Made by a program: the position numbers and the translations under genes. Shown in pieces: positions 11,801 through 23,100 of a DNA stretch of 64,000 bases. Positions within the stretch are counted from its first letter, which is position 1. Each line of letters begins with the position of its first letter. This DNA is from Tubiluchus corallicola (lineage: Eukaryota > Animalia > Priapulida): assembly GCA_030141605.1 (NCBI GenBank), contig JAQGDQ010000002.1, positions 1,674,001 to 1,738,000 on the forward strand. Reading direction: 5' to 3'. The notes beneath the pieces were generated by a model. It had not been told where the DNA came from. It saw nothing but the letters and a program-made list of their open reading frames with translations, and searched no databases.

Positions 11801-14800
11801 TGTTAAACAATAGAAAACGAGAAAACTTAGTTTCAGTCATTGTAAGAGAATAAACTTTCTTTGTTACAAAACAATTATTCAACAGCTATTCTATTCTATA
11901 AACCACAAGATAGTCTGCAGGTTCATTCTACAAGTATGAAGCCAGTTGCACATTATCCAGCAATAGTACAACTCGATACAAGAACAGTCTTGGAAGAAAT
12001 GCGAGATACTCACTTTTCTGTCAGCTATGTACAATGCTTCAGCAAGCTTAGCAAAGTTCTCATTTATATGAACAGTCTGAAGTCCTCTGCCATCTGCAGC
12101 CAATCTCTTATCCAGGGGAATGGTATAACCCTGCAAATCCAAACTAAAGTTAACTCTGATTTACAGCATAAAAGTATGCAAAAGCAATGTATGAAATATG
12201 GTTTATTCTGATTTCAAAGTGCACTAGATTGAGAAATTATAACAGTGAGTATAAAAGTAAAAATGATGATAATAAATTATTCCATTTCTAATGAAATTTA
12301 TTAAACATGTGAACACTTAACATGCATTATTCAAAAGGTCACATTAGGACTTCAAAAATTTAACTAGTAGTGCAGAAAGAAAAGTACAGACAGCTAACTC
12401 ATTAGAACTTGTGTGTTACCACACAGAGCACACTATGAGAGAGACGTATTAGCAATCCTACCTGGGTACAATTGCACAAAATCGTATTATGGTGTATTAA
12501 ACATAGAGACAACACATGAAGAATCTAATAGATATAGATTACCTTAGCATTTTTCCAATTAGAAATGCATGGTGGAATCTTCCATTCTTGTTGCTCTTTA
12601 ACAGTTACCTATAAACACAAAACACTTAGTGTCTTCTCAAAATGCCATAAAATATCAAATTTATGAAAATAAATAAATATTACCAGGATAACATGACATT
12701 ATTTTATGCTGGTAACTGGTTAAAATATCATTAGCTATCTCACCAAAGTCACAAAATTGTTTTAGATGGATCAGCTCACAAATGACTGATATGCTACAGT
12801 AACTAGTACCAGTTTATAAATTACATTTACTTTTTCGGTTAGCAAATTTAAAATGATTAACATAGCATATTGATGATTAGTAGTGTGTGAACGTGGATTA
12901 ACTGGTTTTATATATTTATTCTAAGTGTGAAAAATGTTGATTCACAAACTGCAAACAGAATCTGAAGAAAACTACATAGAGAGCCTTCACAGCACATAGT
13001 AATAAGAACCAGAAAATAAACAAATAGTTAGAGTCAAATATTATATACCTTTCTGTTGGGTGAATGCATAACTGGAGCGGGAGGTGATGGCGGACCACGA
13101 GGTATTTTCTTATTTGTCCTGAAATATATTCAAAAACTAAACTAAAATTTCGTCTCCATATCCATGTATTTTTATTGATATAAAACCTTCTTTGTTGTGC
13201 CCCATTGGTTAAAATTTCTTATCAAATTTTCTTTAAATAGTTTATTGCATTTCAGGGCCTTTTGTTCCATTCTCACAGGCATACCGCAGAACAAATCCCA
13301 GAAGGTAAATTCATTGATGAGAAGGGAAATGAAAAGGCATTCTGAAAAGGGTAATAAACTGTATAAAAGCAATCATACTGAGCAGATTGTATTTGATAAA
13401 AATCTCATTGATATTTGTGTTTCATTGATATTTGTATTTCATTGATAATATGTTTATTCCAAATGAAAGATGTTAAAAAAATACCACTCTAAACTAAACA
13501 AGTCCCACTTAATAACTACAAAAACTATGCATAATAAAAAACATATACATATTCCACGTAGGTATATTAAACGATACAAATTTGGCGCTATAATAAATTA
13601 TTTTGATCGATAAAAACAATGTTGTGATTAGTTATTGTGAAAGGTGTCTCAGGTGTACTGCAACGCCGTATTTTTGTTGGGTGTTTCTCGATTAATGTAC
13701 AAATACATTTAATTTAATGCTATTTGACAAGTGTATGCCATCAAACTGACAGAAGACAGCCATTACAGCAAAAAGTGCAGGAAAAAAGTACAAGAAAATT
13801 ATTTAAAAAATCTTATAAATAACTCTTTTAATTTTTTGCATGATTCCAGTGCAAAAATGAAAAAGCAAAGTGAAATGATTTTATAAAGCTGAGAAATAAG
13901 CAACAATTTGCACCAAATTCGATATGATAACAATATCGATACTATAACGATAATGGATAATGGATAATTATCGATAGGTATCGTTATCATTAATATCCTT
14001 AATTCTAGCATATCAGTAGGAACGATAAAGAAATCACAATGCACAGATTGCATTTGAAAAAATTTAATTGATATGTTTATTTCAAATAAAAGAACGAAGT
14101 TAAAAAAATATCACTATTATCACTTTAAATTAAAGTAGTCCCATTTAATAACTATAAAAACTAAACATAATAAAAAAATTATATATATTCCAGCTAAAAT
14201 TACACATATGTCTAGCATATCAATAGCCAATAGGAATGGTACATTATCTCAAAATGTATTGCAATTTTTATCTCATATAAGGAATCTTAGGTACTCAAGT
14301 TTTATGAACCGTCAATAAAAGATTCGATAAACACCAGCACCACAAATTCCGAAAACTAAAGCCAAAATTATGGAACTGAAATCACAACACATACTTGAAC
14401 CGTGGTGGCTCCATGGGGTCACTTTGCATTTCAACCATTCGAATTACCCTCTGCTTGGCCCCTGAATTGAATGCGACTCCCTGCTGACTTGGAGTATATC
14501 TTATATACTGTGCTGGTGCCTGTTTCTCAGCTCGCTGAACTGGCATGGCTGCTGCTATTTTAGTAGACACAAGTTTCTCCAGTGCCTGCCTGGTTTTCTC
14601 GGTGGTATCAGCAACAGTATCTTCATCAGGTTTCTGAATTGTCTCGTCATCTGTTCGTATTTCTGGTGGGCCATGAAACTTGGGCACAATCTGCAATAGT
14701 TTTGATAAATATTACTAACTCAAATAGTTTTCCCATGTCTTCGTTTTACATTGTTACAATGTAGATACAGGTGACATATTGTTACAATGTACAATATGCA

Positions 14801-16760
14801 GATACAGGTGATCTATGAGACTGTGACTTCAGAAAAACCCCAGCTTTTACAGGTCTGCATCAGTAGTGTAGGGTTCTGGTGCCACTTTTCAGAGGGCAGC
14901 ACTTTGATCAAGTGCACTGAAAATTTTGAATCTGTTGGAACTGTAGCACAAGTGTGTTACAAAAGTTATATAGCATGTGGTCTATTAGACAAATATTATT
15001 GTCGAATTTGAAGGTCGATAATAACTGTTGTAAGTGTTTACATTCATTGTTTTAGAAATCATCCAAGTTTGCAGATCAGTTGTTGGAAGCCAGTATGTGC
15101 GTGATTTTCCAAACACTAATTTTAAATCAATCATTTAAATTTTGTTCGACAGGTTTGTATATTTTTCTCAACAGAAGGCAAAACATCTGGCAATTTAACT
15201 TTCCAAGAACACACTTCTTACAGTGATTACTTTTGAAAGTTTACTACAAGGGACATGTTAATTATATTAGTGATTTAAAAACGTTGTAATATTTACATAG
15301 TTTTTCTTTGCTTCGTTTTCAAAGTTTCTGCACAGTACACATCTTCAGTTTACTGTAAGGTATGTTTAAAATCTTTCTTGCATTAACATCGCAGCTTTTG
15401 AATAACGCAAGGAGAACTTACTGCTTCACAAACAAATTTTTTCAGTAGTGCTTTATCATTACACTAGTTTATCTCCATATTTAACTTATTGAACAGCAAT
15501 GCAACACTGGTAATTTTACAAATCTAAAATCACAAGGAGGTTATTATGATGTGCTTTTCATTGGGCGTCTAACTCAAGTGCCATCCCGGATATCACAAAC
15601 TCTGGCTACGCCACTGCTTGCGCCTTATTGCTCTACTTGTCGAATGTCATAAGTTCATATCCATACGCAAAGACGTTCACAAAAAAACTTTGAAAGTTCA
15701 GTACTGATTTTATAAGAAATGACAAGGCGTTGTAAGGGTTAGGTCTGGCAAAAGTGACAAACAGCATCTGAAATTTTATTTTTTAGTAAAAAACGTGTAA
15801 AATTTACATTTGTCACACAAATTTTCACTTCATCCATGTAACAGAATAGTTGTCTTTTCTGCTGCGCTGTACTAATGCAGCTATAACAATTTATCTTTTG
15901 CAGCAACATTAGGTAATCCTTCTCATAAACTCTTGGGCAAAGACCTAAAATTCCACTAAGAAGTACACTTCAAAGTTTGACAGAAGACAGAAATTTTTTA
16001 GTGAAAAATGTTTTGATAATATCATTTGTACTTAGATAAGATCTTAATTTTTTCAAGTGCACCAGGGCTTAATGCATTTGAGACAAGTAACAATTTAAAC
16101 TTTGTCATAGCCCTGGCTACCTTGTCAAAAAATTCTTAAGCACTTTAAGATCAAAAGTGAAATATAAGTAATCCATTTATAGAAAGATGCTTGCAAAACT
16201 GCACATTTTACTACAAATGCTCAACATTGTTAAGAAATAAAAAACCTGACTGCAGTCCAGATCAATATCAGCTAAGCAGAATTTTCTGCTCCAATATAAA
16301 GTGTAAACAAGTGTAATGAAGAAACCAGCATCTACCTCTTTGCGGAAATTAGATCCTCGATCATCATCTTCTCTGTCAAATGCATGTTGAGATGGTTTAG
16401 GTAGCAAACTGTAAAAAATTAAAACAAAACCGGATTTAAAGTGTATCTGAATATACTCAAACAAACAATACATATACCAAACGAAAAACTAATGATTATA
16501 CTAATTAGATTTACTATTCTAATGCACAGTTTCAAAGCTAATCTTTGTTTTCTTAGCTCATATTTTTCCATTCAATAGTTTCAGACTTTTGACATGTTTA
16601 AATTAGTGTGACAAATAATAAAATTTATAACTTCAGAGCTTTAAATGTTGTGCAGCTTTAGAAGCACTTGAAAAATAAATATTAGTATTTAAGAAGTAAT
16701 ACTAATAGCATTTAAGAAGTCAACTGAATAACAAATTCACCTTCCTAAAGGAATCGCCAT
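8849..16760 (-). CDS. SNW1: SNW domain-containing protein 1 (SKIP/Prp45 splicing factor), 11 exons, ~451 aa
   Basis: Exons 16760-16741, 16408-16336, 14690-14395 (APAQYIRYTPSQQGVAFNSGAKQRVIRMVE), 13118-13049 (IPRGPPSPPAPVMHSP), 12608-12543 (WKIPPCISNWKNAK), 12130-12014 (GYTIPLDKRLAADGRGLQ), 11199-11058, 10843-10744, 10453-10333 (QFDQRLFNQSK), 10095-9938, 9041-8849 (EGPVQFE..DPFGL). Phases are consistent throughout. Confidence 0.96.
13441..14192. repeat. Dispersed ~115-bp direct repeat pair in SNW1 intron 3
   Basis: attgat..atgtttatt.caaat.aaag...gttaaaaaaata.cact...gtccca.ttaataacta.aaaaacta..cataataaaaaa...tata.atattcca at ~13441-13555 and ~14067-14192. Confidence 0.7.
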
Positions 16761-17222
16761 TTTTGCTAATATGTAAATTAACATTATGGCGTTTGTGGCG
16801 TCATCGCGTGTTAACAAAACCAACTAACAATAACTACACGGCAGAGAATGTAATGTCGCTTGCAATTTTTTGACTCAGTCTCATTATTGCGCAAGCAGGA
16901 ATTTATATTTTATCGTTATCCCCGTTTACACTACGGAGCAGACAAGGGACGTATTGACGCGTTCGCACCTTTAATGACTTTGTAAACGTATACAATATTT
17001 TCCCCTAATTTGCCTTTGTAAATGTAGATATGAGATGTTGAGTCATTTTGCTTTGGAGCACAGTCAGGGCCTCTATACATGCAAAAAAAGTGTTTAGTCA
17101 CTACACAATAATCAGTGCTGTGCTGTACAAGCTAAGAATACGGGAAGGGTAGATTTTTTATGTATATCCCGCTTATGTAGAGCTTCTGAGGCCACATGGA
17201 GGTAGGCACGGAGAGTCTAGTA

Positions 17223-17259
17223 TAATGATGATGATGATGATGATCATAATAATAATAAT
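17223..17259. repeat. (TGA)n/(TAA)n microsatellite
   Basis: taatgatgatgatgatgatgatcataataataataat. Confidence 0.85.
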
Positions 17260-18677
17260 GCTGCGTAAGCATTTGTATTAGATCCGACTCTAAAAAGTCC
17301 GGCTTCGAAACACTGGAGCATTTTCTGCCAGGTGTAAATGGGGTTATCGAGTATCTATAACGCCTTGCATTTGGCCTACAGGAAAAAGCGACCGGAACTA
17401 GAAGTAATTTTGGCACAGGAGGAAATTTTTGACAATTGAATAAACTATGCAGTATACACACCTACAGGCTAAATATCGCGCGCCTGTTAATTCCCCAGCA
17501 TTAATCGTGTGGCGGAACACATTACTTTTCTCGGTACCAGTAGCCTATACTTGTACATTGCACAATATAGCGTCTTTATAGGCTACGAGACCTGACACGA
17601 TAATTGTTATACATGTACATGCGTTTGTGTATAAATGTCGACCAGACGAAGTTTGTCATTACTGGGCTTCTAGCTCCACCAAGTTAGTTTTGAATAGAAG
17701 ACTCACCCCAAATTTACCACTACAGCGCTGACCATGACTGCTGTTGTCTTGACTGTAGCTATAAATCAAAAAGCAATGTAGCATAGAACTATAACTGTAG
17801 CACACAAACAGGTATAGCGGCCTAGGAAAACTTCGCAAAAGCTTCAGTTTCAAATGTAGTAGGCCTACAGTAACAGTAGGCCTATCAATGCGTGTTGTAG
17901 TGTTGTATATGTTATATAATCTTATATGCATAATGATGACTTTATAATGATGAACCAAGTGGCTTATACAGATAAGCTGTTACATTGGCAGCAGCTGCAA
18001 CGGAAAAAATATAAGAATTAGGTACAGCTAGAGTTCTGAAACCTTTCACTACGTACATATGCGAGAATAAACAGTGTTGTAAAGAACTAGCGTGAGATTT
18101 TATTTGTTGTTTTTTCAAAAGTACGGAATTCGTCAATTACTCTTGTGCAGAATGCTGAGTGATTGCACTTAAAACTCTTTGCCTCATTATGAGATTACGT
18201 TGTTTATAATCGGCGATTAATATAATCAGGTAATTTTTTACATTATTGATAAGCGTAAGGCAACACTAGCATTGTTTCCATAATCATCTAAACAAAAGAC
18301 GACTCTTTGTTTAGCTGTACGAGATTCTGCAATGTAGTTCAACCAATTCGTTTTCTTTTCTAGAGCTTCACTAACGCTTAAAAACGCGTTTTACACTCGT
18401 AATATTTTGGCTGTGCTGCTGAACTGGATAAAGGCACAGGTCAGATGGGAATTTTAGGACCTAGTTCAAATGCGCACTAGGCTAAATGCATATTTTTATA
18501 CAGATTAATACATTGCAAGTCGGAAACTAATATTCAACGGCAAGGTGTAGCTAAAGTTGATGCTTGCGGCGAGATCGGAGACAGGCTCATAATCGGAGAT
18601 AAGCCATTAACTGGCAGAGGTATCTTAGTTACGTTCACGTATAAGGTCCTCTAAGTCTAAGAAATAAACACTGGATA

Positions 18678-18770
18678 GCCAGGATTACCAGGGTGGATGA
18701 AACCACTCCGCGCGAGTATTACAGGCGGTCACGCATCCATTTATTGGCTATTGGTCTATTAGCGTGACCG

Positions 18771-18808
<38 letters not shown>

Positions 18809-18861
18809 ACTCGCCTGCAATACTCGCGCTGAGTGGTTTCATCCACCTTGGTGATCCTGGC
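18678..18861. mobile_element. MITE/foldback element with 50-bp terminal inverted repeats and internal (TA)n
   Basis: 18678-18727 (gccaggattaccagggtggatgaaaccactccgcgcgagtattacaggcg) is the reverse complement of 18812-18861 with 4 mismatches. An inner 12-bp inverted repeat (aggcggtcacgc/gcgtgaccgcct) and a (TA)n tract at ~18773-18803 lie inside. Confidence 0.8.
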
Positions 18862-20139
18862 GTCTATTTATTGTATATATATATATTATATAACTTAAAT
18901 ATTATTAATATACCCACATATAATTATAGTTATAGCGTAATTATGGTATTATAGACATATAATTACGGTGTTTGCGATGTACTTCGCGTAACATAACTGA
19001 AAGGTAAAATGATGCCTACCAGGGAAAATAAACCCCTCAAAATTGTAGACCCATTCCAACTAGCCCACCTTCTGCCTAGCTGAGTAGTAATAGCCTTCAT
19101 CATCAAGTAAGGAAATCGAAATCAAGGCCAGTTGCTTTTGCAAGGAATGCAGCGCAAAATTTTCGAATGGCTACGGCAGGGCTGGCATATGTGGTAAGTT
19201 GGTAACCACACTTTCAAAAGTACCATATGCAAGTATCCGATGGCAAACAAATTACAGTGAAAATTGGAGACCTTGAGTGAGTGGTTGAGATGAACGTATC
19301 CTGCATTCTGCAAAAATGTTCTGCAGCGCTTGTGCTGTTTAAATGTCGTAGCCCAGACATCTAGTGCAGAATGTCCACTGCCCAACTGGCCACTGACCAA
19401 ATGTCTATTACCCAAAGGACCTATAGAACCCTATTGGCGGGTCGATAGTTATTGTTATAGTTTATTGCTGAATATATTTTCTTAGTAGAAGAGAGTATTT
19501 AGTAAGTTACATAATACCGAACATTTGTCATTTGAACAAATTTCTTTTTTGGACTAATGTGAAAATTCTTGCGCATCATGCAAATGCAATACAATTGAGT
19601 ACACATATAAACATACTATATTACATATATTACAACGCACATAAAATTATAAAACAGATTACAAATTACTAACTAAAAATTTAAAACACATATTAAAAAT
19701 ACATTGCTTAAAAAAAATTTCAACTTAAAATCACTAAAGTATGTTTCGCTAGTTTTTAAAAAACTGCGACTCAAATAAAACATTAGAGTTTATACAACCA
19801 CAAATTAGAATGCCATTATTACTTGCAAGTAATTACGATTTCTAAACTATAGCAGCTCTTCCTCATTAATGCTTTAAAGTGTAGAATATTATTATATGCA
19901 CATATATAAGATATATACACATGCCTAATTCGCAGTATTTGAAAAATTTACTAGGAGCAACGTTACACGCCGATCTGAGTTTCTCAGTATGATTATGTTA
20001 CTTCATATGTGTCTGTTTAGTATGAAGTAAGTAATGTAAATCGACGTCGATCTAACTACAGGCATCACTTAGAAAGGCGGATGTATCTTATTTTGTTTTG
20101 TTGTGTTTTAGTTTGCAGATACATTTGTATACTACAGGC

Positions 20140-23100
20140 ATGATTCTGTATCGGCGCTGGATAACTAAGTGGATCACAAGCAGTTTGATCTTCTACTTTT
20201 GCTTTTTGGGTTTCTTGCTGTTGGATTACAAATCCAAGAACAGCAAACAAGATACTATTCAAAAATTCGAAACATACAAGCAGGTGTGTTATACATTATT
20301 TCTTGTTATGACAATCTATTCATCGGCAATCACTAATAGATAATTTCGCCACCAAAAACTTGACAAATTTCGTGTGCCAAATGCCTGTAAAGTGTAAAAT
20401 ACATTGTCATCTTTGACGGAGAAGACACCTATGTAATGTTAGCAAGATAGTCTAAAGGTGAAAGCTGTCGAATGACAGCTGGCTCCTGTAATTCCTGTTT
20501 CAAATTCCACAGTATAGCATTTGAACCATTTTTTGAGGATTCTTTTCGTTTTTCAAAATATCAGTCAAAAGTTGGGAGGCGTAAATACAATCTCAATCAA
20601 TCCACGATGCTGTGGGGACATTTTTTGCAACGATTTTCGTGTTTTTCAACGATTTCAAATAGACTGTCCCATCAAAAGCATCCGCGCCAAAGCAACTTAC
20701 TTTTTGTAATAATCAATTAGCACTCGATAATGCATCAGTAATCAACAATAGTCTATTGCAGCTTGAACCTTTTAATAAGGAAAATAGGGGAAGAGTTGTA
20801 ATTTTTGGCCTCGTAATAAATACTTTTGTATAAAAAGGCGTTTTTATAAAATGGCTAACTTTTTAAAGCCAGATGCAGGAGCCTGTTTTAACACATGGTG
20901 TACTGGGTAACTTTGAGCCAGATCCAGAAGATGAGAAAGAGGGACCAGGTGAAATGGGTGCAGCTGTTGAAACAGATATGGATTCTGCAGAGGTACAATA
21001 ATGCACAATAATTTAGTCTGCAATAATTTAAATTATTATAAGTTTTAAATCCGCTAGATGGCAATATAAACTTATAACATTGCATTGCGTTATTTATGAC
21101 GTGCATAATATCAGAAGGGTCATATACAAAGGTTTTAGGTCTGCATTTTATTAAAGACATGGCCTTGAAAATGTTCTAAAAATGTCTTTAGTCTAAAAAT
21201 GCTCTATAGCCTAAAGAGATGCCTCCAAATACCTATAAATGCATCTTTGCTCAAAGAAATTTCTGGCGCTCTCTAAACTCCAATTCCGGATTGGGCTGTT
21301 GAGGAGCGCATTGTTGAGGTCCCTTCTAAAGTTTGACTGGGCCTTCTTAGATCACAGTGGTCAAAGCAAGAGGCACTGAGCCTTTCGAAGCAGCCTTGAG
21401 TCAGAGATGACCCAAACATACAGCAACAAAAAAGCTTTAACATCGATATGAGTGGATGACTCTGAGTTACGTTGAAGCCGTTTTTTATAAACGAAGCAAA
21501 TATTAGACATTGACAGCAATAGACAAAGATGGGTCCTATTAGTCCATATAACAGACGGACAAAGAATAGAGTGAACACTCAAAAAATAGCACCTCGTGCG
21601 AGTTAAAATAGCCCGAAATATTTGATATCTCCACGAATGTTCGTTAATTTCTGTTATTTCATCTCTCCACGTAGCTTACTTTATTTTGAAGCTAGTCGCT
21701 ATTTGTAATAAAATAACAGTTTAATCGTATAACCGCGAATGCTAATATATTTGTAGGTCAAACAAGCAATGGAAGAGTACGGAATTAACTTGGTGGCAAG
21801 CAATCAGATTTCTTTAGACAGAACTCTTCCAGATACTCGCATGGAAGAGTAAGTACTCGAGTATTTAGTACGTGCAAATACAAACAGCTGTCGTTCAAAA
21901 GTATGTAACGTTTAGTTGTGCATCTTAACTTGGTTAAATAAGCAGTCAAAATGATGACAGTTGTCCTTATTGTGCTTGAAAAAAAGTGGCGGCGATCGTT
22001 GGCAGGGTAGTTGGGATCCAGATCGCTGTTGTACTAAATTACCTACTGCCGTGTGGAAAAGAATTAGACAAGAATTTGTCCGTTTCATATACTCGTTCAT
22101 GAGCACATAATTTTCAATGGCCATCATAACAGTCGATGGCCATTTCTTTGACATCTTCGTAGAAATACAAAATGAAAAATCAAAGATATGAGGCTATGCA
22201 GGGTCAAGGTTTCACAGTAACATGACCAAGTATGGGCAAAATAGTTGTCCTCTTGCACGGGCCCCCGAAAGATATTCCTGTAAAAAATAACCGGTTACAC
22301 TAAGGTCTTTTGACAGGTGCAAATACTGGCAGTATCCTGTAAATCTTCCTACTGCCTCCGTAGTGATAATATTTCACAACGAAGCCTGGTCAGTTTTACT
22401 GAGAACCGTACACAGCATCATTAATCGGAGTCCTCACCATCTTCTAAAGGAAATAATTTTAGTGGACGACTTTAGCGACAAACGTAAGTTTAACTACTTA
22501 GAAACTTGGAATCCACACATTTATTATAAATGTTCGTTTTGGTTCACTCTCACTCTTTCTATTTATCAAGATAAACCCATTGCTGTATCTTTTAGCGCAC
22601 TTAAAAGAAAAGTTAGACAGCTACATGGCAAAATTCGGAAAAGTTCGAATCATGAGAAATGAAGTCAGACAAGGCTTGATCAGATCACGCACGAACGGAG
22701 CCAGGAACGCAACTGGTGATGTGCTGGTATTTCTCGATGCTCACACAGAAGTTAATAGAAACTGGCTTCCGCCTCTTCTTGCTAGAATACAGCACAACAG
22801 GTTTGTTATTTTGACTATATTTCAGTTAATGAATCAGATCGCTGCAGTGAATAAGCAAAAAAGCCGCAAGACTTTGAGTGTTGCACAGATAATTTATGGC
22901 ATTCTGCGGCGATTTTCTCCGTAAAATAATTAATTAGTATCAAGAAAAATCCATCAGTTTCCCTGCTACACTGTGCCTCCCTACGTATATCGTTGAGCTC
23001 AGTTAGGATCTTCTATATCTTCCTAACATTTACTTGCCGCATTCGCGAGAATGTTGCGTTTTTTAAAACAAAGTGTCTGAAATTCACGTAACTTGTCGTT

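Noticed and set aside
8859-12211. Plus-strand ORFs overlapping SNW1 exons (8859-9155, 10732-11010, 11046-11255, 11861-12211)
   Set aside because: Antisense shadows of real SNW1 exons, with no independent motifs or splice structure.
17132-17461. 109-aa ORF with a His/Tyr run
   Set aside because: The run is simply the translation of a (TGA)n/(TAA)n microsatellite; no recognisable domain.
21273-21600. GC-richer stretch with short ORFs in GALNT-A intron 2
   Set aside because: No recognisable protein motif, TIR or splice pattern; probably TE debris, but unsupported.
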